Shown: positions 40,143 to 50,837, numbered from the stretch's first letter. The stretch: DNA of 64,000 nt from Promethearchaeota archaeon (GCA_019058245.1 JAHPZJ010000013.1:137166-201165); one strand, 5' to 3'. Notes: generated from the sequence alone by a model not told the origin. Made by a program: numbers and translations.

Positions 40143-40766
40143 ATGAATACTTCGGATGATTTTGTATTATTTGACTCATTAAAATCTATAAGAATTAATG
40201 GAGAATTCACAGGCTCTATTGTATCAAAATATAAGAATAAAGTAATCTTTTCAGATAATATTAAAATTTCAGATTCTGAAGGAATTATGATATCTGAAGG
40301 ATTAATTACCGGTTTTGAAAAGGTGGGAATGGAATTAAATCCAATTTCTAGAAAAGTTGATTTAAAATGGGATTTAAACGATACTTTATTAGAATATTGC
40401 GTCATAATCCCTGAAGATACAATGGAGCAATATGATCAAGGACAATTTTCAAATGAACTCCCATATACTATTAATCTACTTCATACAGCAACCTTACTTT
40501 TAAATAATCACGAAAGTAAGCTCAATCATTTAGATTTTTTCAAAGGAGAGATTTTAAAAAATCCTATAGCAATGATTAGGAATGGCATTATAATTGCTGA
40601 TAGAGTTGTAATCGATGATAATGGAGACCCCGTTTTTTATGATTGCTTGATTGTGGGAAGAGATGAGAATGAAGATATTAATATAAGTTATGAACCAATT
40701 ACTAACGTTGATGATAAAATGCTTGAATATATTATAATATTAGGTATTGAGGAATTAAAAATTTAA
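40143..40766 (+). CDS. Hypothetical protein
   Basis: 207-aa acidic ORF, 17 nt upstream of the ATPase gene. Confidence 0.7.
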   Translation: MNTSDDFVLFDSLKSIRINGEFTGSIVSKYKNKVIFSDNIKISDSEGIMISEGLITGFEKVGMELNPISRKVDLKWDLNDTLLEYCVIIPEDTMEQYDQGQFSNELPYTINLLHTATLLLNNHESKLNHLDFFKGEILKNPIAMIRNGIIIADRVVIDDNGDPVFYDCLIVGRDENEDINISYEPITNVDDKMLEYIIILGIEELKI

Positions 40767-40783
40767 AATCATCTTGAACTAAA

Positions 40784-42004
40784 ATGCTCCTTTTTGAGAA
40801 TAAAGAACAAAAATTGCTAAATCTCCTAAACTTTACCGGATCACCGTTTAAAAAGTTTGTTTCTACAGGAGAAATCGAAGAAGATATTGGATTAGTCCAA
40901 TCAAGAGAAGAATTCTTACATTCTATCATCAGCATATTAGATAAAAATGAAAATGTCATCCTGCCAATTATTGGAGACGTTGGAACTGGAAAAACCCATC
41001 TATATTGGGCTTTAAAGCATGAGTTATATTATTATAATATTGTCTTTATTTCCTTAGAAAATGTTGTTAAGAAATTTTATTACAATATATACTCTGAATT
41101 CATAGAAAATATGGGTATAGACATTTTAAGAAATATTTCTCGAAGATTGTGTAATAATTGGGGTGCTTTAGAAAGAAAATTTGGTTTTTTTCATGTAGCA
41201 GAAATTAATAAGGTTAAGAAAGTTGCTTGTGAAGAATGGGCACCTAAATTCGAAAATGAAGAATCAATTATGGATATTATAAATGCAATAACAGCTCATC
41301 AATTAGATCCATATAAAAAAATAGAAGTTGAAAGATGGTTTTTGGGAGAAGTAATAGATATAAGGGATCTTTCAAGATTGAACTTAAAAAATGATTTAAG
41401 AAAAAGGGATAATGCATATACTATGCTTAAAGTACTAGTTGAAAATGCCATGGTAAATAGTGTATTATTCATAGATGATTTCGAGAAAATTGTCTCAATG
41501 ATGAAACCTATACCAATAGAAGAACAAAAAGAAGAAGTTTTTGACAAAAGTTGGCTTTATGGGAGTAGTGAATCACCTCAAAAACGTTCTGCTAATAAAA
41601 TATTAGATAAAATTGTGAAATTAAATAATATAAATGGTTTAAGAATTATTATTACATTAAAGTCATTTGATTTTTATGAAGAAATCATACGAAAATTTGA
41701 AGACATAGACTCCAATCTTTTAAAACTAATAAAAAAACCTATCATCCTATCTAATTTTGATGATGATGATGTTTTCACATTTTATAAAAAAAATTTAGAA
41801 TTTTTTTTTGGTCATCTCAATTATTTTGATTATTTTCGAGATTTTTCCCAGTCTTATTTTCCCCTAAACAAAGAAGTATTAAAAAACATTTTTATCCAAA
41901 CGAAGGGTAATCCTAGAGAAATAATAAAGTTTTTAATAAAAATTTTTAATGACATCATATTTTCAAATGAAGAATTAGAAGAAATTCTTAAAAAATATCA
42001 GTAA
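40784..42004 (+). CDS. P-loop ATPase (AAA+-like)
   Basis: Walker A GDVGTGKT, Walker B LFIDDFE, TKGNPRE. Confidence 0.82.
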   Translation: MLLFENKEQKLLNLLNFTGSPFKKFVSTGEIEEDIGLVQSREEFLHSIISILDKNENVILPIIGDVGTGKTHLYWALKHELYYYNIVFISLENVVKKFYYNIYSEFIENMGIDILRNISRRLCNNWGALERKFGFFHVAEINKVKKVACEEWAPKFENEESIMDIINAITAHQLDPYKKIEVERWFLGEVIDIRDLSRLNLKNDLRKRDNAYTMLKVLVENAMVNSVLFIDDFEKIVSMMKPIPIEEQKEEVFDKSWLYGSSESPQKRSANKILDKIVKLNNINGLRIIITLKSFDFYEEIIRKFEDIDSNLLKLIKKPIILSNFDDDDVFTFYKKNLEFFFGHLNYFDYFRDFSQSYFPLNKEVLKNIFIQTKGNPREIIKFLIKIFNDIIFSNEELEEILKKYQ

Positions 42005-42014
42005 TTCAATTTAT

Positions 42015-42749
42015 TTATAAATTCTTTAAAATTATTTTTTCATATATATCTATTTCTTTAAAATAATTATCTTTATATCCAATTTCCCAATTTGAATTTG
42101 AAATTCTTTGCCGCAATGATTCTAAATTAAGCACAGATCTAAAATATAATAATAATATGATTCTAATCGAATGTGACTTTAAAATTTTGTAGTTCTCTAA
42201 TTCATCTAAAGCATTAAACAAATAATCTAAGTCTGGAAAAAATTTACTTAATATTTGTGTGCAGAGTGTTTCTAAATCAGAATCCTTTGAATTTAATATT
42301 CGAAATAAATTCTTTTTCATACTATTTGGAAATTCTTTTAAATTTAAAATTACTCGAAGAGCATTAATTTTAATTGGAGTATAATCATCATTTATAGCAT
42401 TATTTATTAAGTCTATAACTGGGTCAGTTATATCAGAATTTGCAGTAATTTTTTCAATCGCTTGCATTATCTCATTTCGAATCCATCTATCTGATGTATA
42501 ATAGGCCTCCAATAAAAATGTTAGATACTTCTCATTTAATATTGTTGTTTTACCAATCTCTCCTATAAAAAATATTAAATTTATTTTGACCTTATTAAAA
42601 ATCTGTTTATTTAAATTCTGAATTAAGTAATCTATATATATTAGATAATCCTTATTTGGGTTTTCACTTATTTTTATTAAAAAATCATTTATAACTTCTG
42701 GATCTTTGGCATCTTTTATTTCTTCAAAGTCCTTATTCAAAAATTCCAT
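42015..42749 (-). CDS. HEAT-repeat protein
   Basis: DRWIRNEIMQAIEKI and DDYTPIKINALRVI repeats. Confidence 0.7.
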   Translation of the reverse strand: MEFLNKDFEEIKDAKDPEVINDFLIKISENPNKDYLIYIDYLIQNLNKQIFNKVKINLIFFIGEIGKTTILNEKYLTFLLEAYYTSDRWIRNEIMQAIEKITANSDITDPVIDLINNAINDDYTPIKINALRVILNLKEFPNSMKKNLFRILNSKDSDLETLCTQILSKFFPDLDYLFNALDELENYKILKSHSIRIILLLYFRSVLNLESLRQRISNSNWEIGYKDNYFKEIDIYEKIILKNL

Positions 42750-42904
42750 AGATCTAAAGATTATATTTTATTTATATAGATTATTAACGAATATTTTAAA
42801 GTTTTTATCATTTCAGTTTTATAAATTAAATAACCGGATAAGAAATTATATGAAGAAAGAGAAAAGGAAAAAAAAAAAAGACTTTTTTTAATGATAAAAA
42901 TATT

Positions 42905-43141
42905 TTATTTTACAGCTTCAAAATAAATATACCATTGTTCATCATCATCAATGAATTCTGTTCCCAAATGTTTATGTTTAGTTTTTGCTAAATCACGTGG
43001 AACAGATTCACTTGCCGGTTTGTAATCTGTTATTACTTTTAAAACAGTTCCTGGTCTCATTTTCATGAGTTGTTTTTTGGTTTTTAAAGCAGGAACAGGA
43101 CATACCGACCCGCAGACATTTAATTCCATATCATATTTCAT
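42905..43141 (-). CDS. tusA: TusA-family sulfur carrier
   Basis: GSVCPVP, VLKVITD. Confidence 0.88.
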   Translation of the reverse strand: MKYDMELNVCGSVCPVPALKTKKQLMKMRPGTVLKVITDYKPASESVPRDLAKTKHKHLGTEFIDDDEQWYIYFEAVK

Positions 43142-43181
43142 TTTATTTACCTCATTACATTATTATTTTAATTTTTTAATT

Positions 43182-45650
43182 TTAATCACATATAATCGAA
43201 AATATTGGTTCCTCCATCTTAGGTTCAGATTTCATCTCTAATTCCATTAATTGAACTAAACGGAGTGCTTCATACCTTGCTTTCTTAGGATCGAGACCTG
43301 TTTGGTTTACGATCTCTGTAATAGTACTAGGACCTTGAAGTGATATATAGTTTAAGACTTGTTGTCTTGGAGTTTTTTCAAATTTCATCAATTCACGTTT
43401 AGTTTTCAGGTTAATAGCATCTTTCAAAGCTTCCTCGTCAACTTTTCCTTGTTCGAATAAACCTTTTTTAATAGCATCTTCAACAAGCTTTTTGCCTCGT
43501 TCTGTCCATACTAACACTGTAGTATAGCCTTCTTTCGAACCTACCTCACCAGCAGTAAGATCTGAATATATGGCAGGGAAATCTTGACAATGAGAACAGA
43601 AATGATTACAACTTAGACATCTTCGAGCTTCTTGTAAAGCCATTTCTTCATTAAACATCTGATCAATTTCATCAAAATTCCAATTAATCTCTTCAGTTGC
43701 TGCGTCTAAAGTTTCTGGTTTCAGAGAATAATCTTTTGGAGGTTTCTTAGGGCCTGTAAAAAATGATTTATCTATCTTATATCTTCCTTCCATCAAATTC
43801 TCTCCCTTTAAATATCTATCAATAGAAATTGCTGCTTCTTTTCCATGAGCAATTGCAGCAATAGCTACAGCTTTAGAATTACTAATAATATCTCCACCAG
43901 CAAAAACTCCAGGAATATTAGTTTCAAACGTTATTTCATTTACTTTAATTCTATTTCGCTCTTTTTCTAATTCATTATTTGTTGCAACATCTATCTGTTC
44001 GAAATCTACGGCCTGACCGACTGCTATTACAATGGAATCAACAATTATTTTATAATCCGATCCTTCAATTTTATTTAATGGTCTCCTTCCATTCTTATCG
44101 GGATTACCCCATTCAATATTATAACAATTTAAAACTAATTTTTCATCTCTATCCTGAGTAATTTTAGAAGTGGAAGTCGTGAAGTGAAAATTTATAAACT
44201 CCATTTCATTTTCAGGAATATCTCTTAAGACCAATTCAAGTTGTTCTTTTGACATGATATCAACAAGATGAACTTTTTCAGCACCTAGTCTAAGAGCCGT
44301 TTGAGCAACATCAACTGCAACTGCCCCTCCTCCAATTATGCCTAAAGTTTTACCTTTAAATTCTTCTTTATTTTCCCAGTATCGATATTTTCTATCCATC
44401 AGGAAATGAATTGCCACATGCACATTTGGTAAATTTTCACCTTCTAAGTGTAAAGTACGAGGTTTATATTGTCCAGTAGCAATAAATATAGCCTCAAATC
44501 CTTCATTATTCAAATCTTTAATAGTCATCTCAGGACCCAATGGTTTATTTAGTTTTACTTCGACACCAGAATCTATGATTCTACCTACATCATAATCTAG
44601 TACATAATTAGGTAATCTAAATTGTGGTACACCAAATCTTAGCATTCCTCCAATTTGATCTGTCTTTTCAAATATTGTAGGGGCATAACCCTTTCTCCTT
44701 AAAAAATATGCCGCTGTTAATCCCGCTGGTCCGGATCCAATAATTGCTATTTTTTTAGCATTTTTAGGTAATTTGGCGTTTACTTTTGCTCTATTTTTAG
44801 CACTTTCAATTTCCCATTCAGTAACAAATTTTTTTAATTCACGAATCGCAACAGGATGATCATCTCCAATTAATGTACAACCATGTTCACACTCATTTGT
44901 ACAAATTCTTCCACATATAGAGGGAAGTGGATTGTTTTCTCTAATTAAGTCTACAGCATCTTGATATTTGCCTTGACGTATTAATGAAATATAGCCTTGA
45001 GCATTAACACCAGAAGGACAGCCATTGCAACATGGAGAACAAACTAAGCCTTTATCAGTTTGTTCTGTTCTCATTTGGGAACTACAAAATAAACCAATTT
45101 TTAAAATTTCTCTATTCATTTCTTCTTCAAGATCAGCAGCTCCACGCATTTCACATGGTACACCTACAATACCAATTGGATCAAATGTTTTCCCTGTAAG
45201 TTCTACTAATCGTTTTAGGACACCAGATCTACCATAAATAACACCAGCTTTTTGGATTACTTCATTAGGATCTGACACAATCTCGGCTGCAGGCTTCTCA
45301 TCTTCTTCTTGAACCATTACAACCTCTTTAATAGATTTACTTCCTAACAATTCTTTAACAAAAGTAGTTACAAATCCTCCACTTGAAGCTTTCTTTAAAA
45401 TATCTGGATCTTTACTTCTTAACGAATAAATCGCAAAGGGTTGCTCCTTTTTAAATTTTTTCTGGATTACTTGAGGACAATTTTGATAACATTTTCCACA
45501 ATCTTGCCCATCTCTTTCTAATATACAATAGTCTTTTAAAGTAGGACGTCTTAGATCCATTTCAATATGTTTACATGAACCAGCACATAATCCACATCCT
45601 TGACATAGACCGGCATCTATAATTTCTTGTCTTAATAATTCAAAACTCAT
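43182..45650 (-). CDS. FrhB-like F420-binding subunit with inserted GltD/NfnB-like flavoprotein module and C-terminal wHTH
   Basis: CQGCGLCAGSC, SSGGFVT, VGVPCE, IGLFC; then NPLPSICGRIC, GSGPAG, GGGAVAVD, FAGGD; then CSHCQDF...SDLTAGEVGS...TERG. Confidence 0.85.
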   Translation of the reverse strand: MSFELLRQEIIDAGLCQGCGLCAGSCKHIEMDLRRPTLKDYCILERDGQDCGKCYQNCPQVIQKKFKKEQPFAIYSLRSKDPDILKKASSGGFVTTFVKELLGSKSIKEVVMVQEEDEKPAAEIVSDPNEVIQKAGVIYGRSGVLKRLVELTGKTFDPIGIVGVPCEMRGAADLEEEMNREILKIGLFCSSQMRTEQTDKGLVCSPCCNGCPSGVNAQGYISLIRQGKYQDAVDLIRENNPLPSICGRICTNECEHGCTLIGDDHPVAIRELKKFVTEWEIESAKNRAKVNAKLPKNAKKIAIIGSGPAGLTAAYFLRRKGYAPTIFEKTDQIGGMLRFGVPQFRLPNYVLDYDVGRIIDSGVEVKLNKPLGPEMTIKDLNNEGFEAIFIATGQYKPRTLHLEGENLPNVHVAIHFLMDRKYRYWENKEEFKGKTLGIIGGGAVAVDVAQTALRLGAEKVHLVDIMSKEQLELVLRDIPENEMEFINFHFTTSTSKITQDRDEKLVLNCYNIEWGNPDKNGRRPLNKIEGSDYKIIVDSIVIAVGQAVDFEQIDVATNNELEKERNRIKVNEITFETNIPGVFAGGDIISNSKAVAIAAIAHGKEAAISIDRYLKGENLMEGRYKIDKSFFTGPKKPPKDYSLKPETLDAATEEINWNFDEIDQMFNEEMALQEARRCLSCNHFCSHCQDFPAIYSDLTAGEVGSKEGYTTVLVWTERGKKLVEDAIKKGLFEQGKVDEEALKDAINLKTKRELMKFEKTPRQQVLNYISLQGPSTITEIVNQTGLDPKKARYEALRLVQLMELEMKSEPKMEEPIFSIICD

Positions 45651-46888
45651 ACATATCCCTCTTTAATTTTAATTTTTTTTACAATACCAATTGGATCAAT
45701 TGTAAATTCAATTGAACCATTCTTATATGTTCCTTCGATCACTTCAAAAGGGTGTGCCTTATATTCTTCAAAGTCATCATTCTCATCAATTTGCGACCTA
45801 AATCCTCCATAAGATAAATTAGATAAATTCATATTTCCAGCAATTTTTCGAATTTCTTCAGTGATTTTCTTATATTGTTCTGGATCTTTACTCTGAATTG
45901 CTTTTTGAAGTGCATTTTCCAGTTTTAGTAATTGATTTCGATAATTTTTCGTTTTTTCACTTACTTTAATATTATTAGCTTCCTCATAAGTTTCAATTAT
46001 TTTTAGAGTCAATGAGATTGAATGATCTCCTCCTAATAACCCAGAAATCAGAGGCAACTCTTCAATAAGTCTTCCAGTAAAAACATCCTCTAATAAATTT
46101 CCATTTGAAGGAATTCGACCTTTTGGCAATCCTGATGTAGGTAAAGTAAATCTAAAGAAATTACCTACAATATCAGGCAAACTTGCAGTTATATCATCAT
46201 CTTCATCAGCTAATTTATCAGTTGCTCCCTTTTCAGAATGTTCAGTCGCAACTTCAATATTTCCCATAAGAGTTCCAAACATTCCCAACATTCTGATTCC
46301 AGAACGTTCTATTATTGGTTTACAACCTCTACATGGAGCATTATAGTCAATACACCTTTCTTTACATTCTTTTGAAACAAATCCATTGCAAAGATACCCA
46401 AGATCATTGAAACATGTCTCGTTATCCTCTAACTCAATTTGTCGTTTTAACTCATCTAAATAATCACATGTTTTTCGTCTTTCGCATACAATACAGAGAT
46501 TTTGTAATTTTGGGAGTTCATTATCTTCAATCTCAAATTTCAGTTCCTCAATTTCCCCTAAACAACCATTAATATTAATTGTATCTTCGATAAAATTCTT
46601 TAATGGAGATACATCATGACCTTTTTGATTAGCCAGAGCAAAAATACCTCCTGATGTAGCACAATTTCCATAAGCAATTACTCTTTCTGAATTTGCTTTT
46701 ATCTTATTTAGGGTTTCTTTATTCTTTGAAAGTAAAAATCCAGTAATTATTGATATATCGGTCTTTTGTTCTTTCCAATTTTGAGGATCTTGTATAAATT
46801 CTATGTTATATTTGGATTCTCCTTTTAGAAGAATCGTCTCATTAAAGCATTTATTACATCCATTAAACTGGAATATTCTAACATCCAT
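45647..46888 (-). CDS. MvhG/FrhG-like Fe-S subunit with C-terminal extension
   Basis: GCNKC, AYGNCATSGG, INGC, LCIVC, CFNDLGYLCNG...C...C...PCRGC. Confidence 0.8.
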   Translation of the reverse strand: MDVRIFQFNGCNKCFNETILLKGESKYNIEFIQDPQNWKEQKTDISIITGFLLSKNKETLNKIKANSERVIAYGNCATSGGIFALANQKGHDVSPLKNFIEDTININGCLGEIEELKFEIEDNELPKLQNLCIVCERRKTCDYLDELKRQIELEDNETCFNDLGYLCNGFVSKECKERCIDYNAPCRGCKPIIERSGIRMLGMFGTLMGNIEVATEHSEKGATDKLADEDDDITASLPDIVGNFFRFTLPTSGLPKGRIPSNGNLLEDVFTGRLIEELPLISGLLGGDHSISLTLKIIETYEEANNIKVSEKTKNYRNQLLKLENALQKAIQSKDPEQYKKITEEIRKIAGNMNLSNLSYGGFRSQIDENDDFEEYKAHPFEVIEGTYKNGSIEFTIDPIGIVKKIKIKEGYV

Positions 46889-47330
46889 CTTTGAAAGTCC
46901 CCTCCTCTCTAATTGCAGTTGCTAATCGTTCTACAATATCTTCAAAGTCTCCGACTGCTGTTTCTCCCTCTGCAGCTCTCGAAGTATATTGATTAACAAA
47001 CTGATCACTATAACCTAACTCCTTAAATAATTTTTTCATTAATTTTATTCTATGCATGGATAAAATATTCCCATTAAAGAAATGACATGCACCTAAACAA
47101 CAACCAACACAAGCAACTGCATCAGCTCCATTGTCTAAAGCGTCCATAATCTGAATAGGACCAACTTGACCTGTACATTGGACTCGAACTATTCGAATTG
47201 CAGGATTATATGCCATTCGAGCAACTCCTGCAGTGTTTGCTGAACCTTGTCCGCATTCATTACACATAAAAACTACAATATTTTCCATCTTTTCCAATAC
47301 TTCTGGTTCAATATATTCACATTCACTCAT
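46878..47330 (-). CDS. mvhD: MvhD [2Fe-2S] subunit (Cys form)
   Basis: FMCNEC, IVRVQCTG, GADAV...GC...CHF..GN. Confidence 0.9.
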   Translation of the reverse strand: MSECEYIEPEVLEKMENIVVFMCNECGQGSANTAGVARMAYNPAIRIVRVQCTGQVGPIQIMDALDNGADAVACVGCCLGACHFFNGNILSMHRIKLMKKLFKELGYSDQFVNQYTSRAAEGETAVGDFEDIVERLATAIREEGTFKDGC

Positions 47331-49359
47331 TTTCGCATATAGCACCTCCTCCTGAAATTGCGATTATTTCATCTAATAGTTGATCATCGCTAAAATTTAA
47401 TAATTGAATTGCTCCTGTAGGACATACAGGCATACACATACCGCACGATTTGCAAGCAACTTCATTTATCTTAGGTGTCCCATCATTATTTATTTCTATC
47501 GCCGCTGGTGCACAAACAGTCTTACATAAACCACATCTAACGCATAATTCATAATCTACTGAAGGAATTAACATCTCTTTTTCAATATATCCTTTAACCA
47601 ATGGAGCAGCAGCTATTGCAGCAGCATTACCTGCTTGAGCAACACTTTCAGAAATATCTTTAGGACCTTGAATTGCTCCCGCTAAAAATATTCCTCCTTT
47701 ACTGCTTAAAGTTGGATTCATCTTAATGTGGAATTCTTTTAAAAATCCTTCTTTTGAGCGTAGAACCTGTAGTTTTGATCCTAACGGACCGATACCTTCG
47801 GGTGGAACCATTGCAGCTGATAGTACAACCATATCTGCTTTTAACTTTAAAGGAGTTTGACTTAAAGTATCTTCAACAATTACTCTCAGATTCCCAGAAA
47901 TTGGATCTCTTACTATTTCGGAAGGACGTCCTCTAATAAATCTTACTCCAATTTCCTGTGCAGATTTATATAATTCCTCAAAATTCAATCCAGGTGTCCT
48001 TATATCAATATAACAAATAGTAACATCCGAATCTGGATACATTTCTTTTACAATCCTTGCATTTTTAATTGCGAATTTGCAGCAAACTCCTGTACAATAT
48101 TGATTCCCTACTTGATCGTTTCTACTTCCTACACATTGTATCATTACGATACTTTTGGGAATTTTTCCATCAGAAAGACGTAAAACTTGACTGTTAGTGA
48201 GAGAACCAGGAGCTAACATCCTTTCTAATTGGAGTTGTGTTATAACATCTTCATACCCCTCTTGACCATAATGGTATGCCTCAATCTCTGAAGGGTCATA
48301 CTCGTCATAACCAGCCGCTACAACAATAGAACCAACTTTAAAAGTTTTAGTTTCTGTTTGCATTGTAAAATCTACTGCTTGTACGGGACAAACATTAATA
48401 CATGTATTACATTCTATACAACTCTTTTTATCTCTCATATATGTGGCGGGAATTGCTTGTGGATATGCTTTATAAATTGCATTTCTCATTGACATTCCAC
48501 TATCCCATTCACTAGGTACTTCAACAGGACAATGTAGGGCACATTCACCGCAAGAAGTACAATTATCTTTAACATATCTTGGTTTTATTTCAACCTCTAC
48601 TTCAAAATTACCCATTGAACCCTCTACACTCTTAACTTGAGCATTAGTATAAAGTTCTATTAATGGATGATTAGCTACTCCATTAGTTAGTGGAGAAATA
48701 CTACATTGTGGACATTCCAATGTTGGAAAAGTTTTATTTAATTGTGTCATATGTCCTCCGATTGTAGACAATTTTTCTATTAAATAAACAGGAATTCCTA
48801 ACTCTGCTAAATCATATGATGCACGAAGCCCTGCAATGCCAGCACCAATAACTAATGCAGCTTTCGTTGTAGGAATTCTCCGTGTCTCAACATCTTTTAA
48901 CTTTCTTGCCCTATTTACTCCAGCTTCTACTAACCTCATTGCTTTATTGGTTGCTTTATCTTTCTCTTTTTGATGTACCCAACTATTAAATTCTCTAATA
49001 TTTACTTGTTGATGTCTATGTCTATTAAGTCCCATTTCTTCTATTGCTTTAGCAAAAGTCTTTCCATGTTGGTTTTTTGAGCATGAAGCCACCACTGTTC
49101 TATTAACATCTAATTTTTCAATTGAATCTTTAAGCATTTGAACTCCCGGTTTTGAACACATAAACATATAATGTTCAGCTTTAATCACATTAGGTAAATC
49201 TCTAGCATAATCTGCTACTTTAGCAACATCAACAGTTCCTGCGATATTATGCCCACAATGACATACAAAAACTCCTATTCTAGGTTCTTCTTCTTGTTTA
49301 TTTTTATCTTTTTTGCTTATAACGTTTGATTCAGTTATTTTTTCATCTTTTACGGTCAT
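47323..49359 (-). CDS. hdrA: Heterodisulfide reductase subunit A (Cys form)
   Basis: GVFVCHCGHNI, GAGIAG, KTFPTLEC, IQCVGSR, YCTGVCC, GPKDI and four ferredoxin motifs. Confidence 0.95.
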   Translation of the reverse strand: MTVKDEKITESNVISKKDKNKQEEEPRIGVFVCHCGHNIAGTVDVAKVADYARDLPNVIKAEHYMFMCSKPGVQMLKDSIEKLDVNRTVVASCSKNQHGKTFAKAIEEMGLNRHRHQQVNIREFNSWVHQKEKDKATNKAMRLVEAGVNRARKLKDVETRRIPTTKAALVIGAGIAGLRASYDLAELGIPVYLIEKLSTIGGHMTQLNKTFPTLECPQCSISPLTNGVANHPLIELYTNAQVKSVEGSMGNFEVEVEIKPRYVKDNCTSCGECALHCPVEVPSEWDSGMSMRNAIYKAYPQAIPATYMRDKKSCIECNTCINVCPVQAVDFTMQTETKTFKVGSIVVAAGYDEYDPSEIEAYHYGQEGYEDVITQLQLERMLAPGSLTNSQVLRLSDGKIPKSIVMIQCVGSRNDQVGNQYCTGVCCKFAIKNARIVKEMYPDSDVTICYIDIRTPGLNFEELYKSAQEIGVRFIRGRPSEIVRDPISGNLRVIVEDTLSQTPLKLKADMVVLSAAMVPPEGIGPLGSKLQVLRSKEGFLKEFHIKMNPTLSSKGGIFLAGAIQGPKDISESVAQAGNAAAIAAAPLVKGYIEKEMLIPSVDYELCVRCGLCKTVCAPAAIEINNDGTPKINEVACKSCGMCMPVCPTGAIQLLNFSDDQLLDEIIAISGGGAICENE

Positions 49360-50277
49360 TTAAGCAACCTCCTCTTCTTTAGTCAATTCTTCTCCCCCAA
49401 AAATAAAATCTCGTCCCATTAATTGATATTGAAGACCAATAAATTCTTGGTCCATTCCCATACAATAGGCAACAAGCTGGGAGATATGAATTACAGGATA
49501 ATCATAATTACAGCTTTTATTTTTATTTAAATAATCTTGCCCTGTCTCAAATTGTAAATGACAAAATGGACAGATATCCAATATTATATCTGGTTTTACC
49601 TCATCGATATTTTTCATTTTTTCTGCAAATATAGTCATACTTGCATTGCCATCGTAAGCTTTTACTCCTCCACCTGCACCACAACAAGTAAGTTGTTCTT
49701 TAAATCGTACAGATTCGATTCCTAATGCTTCAACAAAATCTTCGATAATTGTTGGACCTTCAGAACTTTCAATTTCTCTAATTCTCGTTGGCTTTAAGAA
49801 ATGGCAACCATAATGAATCGCAGCTTTAACATTTACTTTCCTTACTATGTAATCTTCAATCCCCCAAGGTCCAATTTCATATCCTAAAACTTCAGCTATA
49901 TGACGTACGTTAATCGTACCTTTAAATTCATAGTCTCCAAGTAATTTAAGTTTCTTATTGACCATTTCACGATGTTCTTCGTTTTGTTTAAGATGTTTAT
50001 TTACTTCTTGGAGTGTACCAAAGCATCCATTACAAACTGTTAAAATATCAGCATCCAATTTTTCTGCAATACATAAATTTCTTGCTGCTGCCACCATCCA
50101 ATCAAATTTATTAAAAGAACGGAAAACTCCTGGAGCAGGGCAACAAGTTGCTCTTTCCATATCTAAGAGTTCATATCCTAATTTTTCCATGACAAATTTT
50201 GTTGATTTCTCGATAGCAGGATATCGATTTGGCATTATACACCCTAAAAAGAATGCAAATGTGTTTTCTTTAACCAT
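49360..50277 (-). CDS. hdrB: Heterodisulfide reductase subunit B
   Basis: FLGC, CCPAPG, CNGC, HYGCH, CCGAGGG, CPFCHLQF. Confidence 0.95.
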   Translation of the reverse strand: MVKENTFAFFLGCIMPNRYPAIEKSTKFVMEKLGYELLDMERATCCPAPGVFRSFNKFDWMVAAARNLCIAEKLDADILTVCNGCFGTLQEVNKHLKQNEEHREMVNKKLKLLGDYEFKGTINVRHIAEVLGYEIGPWGIEDYIVRKVNVKAAIHYGCHFLKPTRIREIESSEGPTIIEDFVEALGIESVRFKEQLTCCGAGGGVKAYDGNASMTIFAEKMKNIDEVKPDIILDICPFCHLQFETGQDYLNKNKSCNYDYPVIHISQLVAYCMGMDQEFIGLQYQLMGRDFIFGGEELTKEEEVA

Positions 50278-50279
50278 TT

Positions 50280-50837
50280 TTATGACTCCTCCTCTTCTTT
50301 TTTCTCCTCCTTAACTGGAGGTAAATCGAACATATATTCTTCAATCTTCTTTAAATCTTTATCATCACCCTCTTGTTTAAATTTAAACGCAGTAGGGGGT
50401 AATTCTTCTAATCCTAATTCGACTCGTCGTTTTCTTACCTCATCATTTATTGGTACAGCATGTCCAAAATTCTTCAAGTATCCTACGACAGCTCTATGAT
50501 TAGGAGAAATATTGCCTAATTTAGTCGCATAATTCCTTAATTCCATAATTACATCGGTAGGTCTTACATCACGTGGACATCGTTCATAACATTGATAACA
50601 TGTCGTACAAAGCCATATATCTGGATCTTTTAATACAGATAAATCTCCTAATACAACTTTTCTTATAATTGAACGAGTCTTTAAAGCAGTCCATCTTCCA
50701 CTTTCACAACTTGCCGTACAAGTTCCACACTGGATACACCGCCAAATATTTGATTTTCTTTCAATATTTTTGAAAAATTCTTGATCAAAATCTTCGTCTG
50801 TTTTATATTCTCTTGCTTGTTCTTCTACATCAGACGT
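50280..50837 (-). CDS. hdrC: Heterodisulfide reductase subunit C (185 aa, ACG start)
   Basis: CIQCGTCTASC and WLCTTCYQCYERCPR both lie upstream of the first ATG (50546); the frame opens at ACG 50837 right after TGA TAA, behind AAGGTGA. Confidence 0.92.
   Translation of the reverse strand, partial: TSDVEEQAREYKTDEDFDQEFFKNIERKSNIWRCIQCGTCTASCESGRWTALKTRSIIRKVVLGDLSVLKDPDIWLCTTCYQCYERCPRDVRPTDVIMELRNYATKLGNISPNHRAVVGYLKNFGHAVPINDEVRKRRVELGLEELPPTAFKFKQEGDDKDLKKIEEYMFDLPPVKEEKKEEEES

Noticed and set aside
46878-49359. Selenocysteine in HdrA or MvhD (also checked FwdB)
   Set aside because: These frames are uninterrupted, with Cys at the relevant positions, and I saw no SECIS after them.
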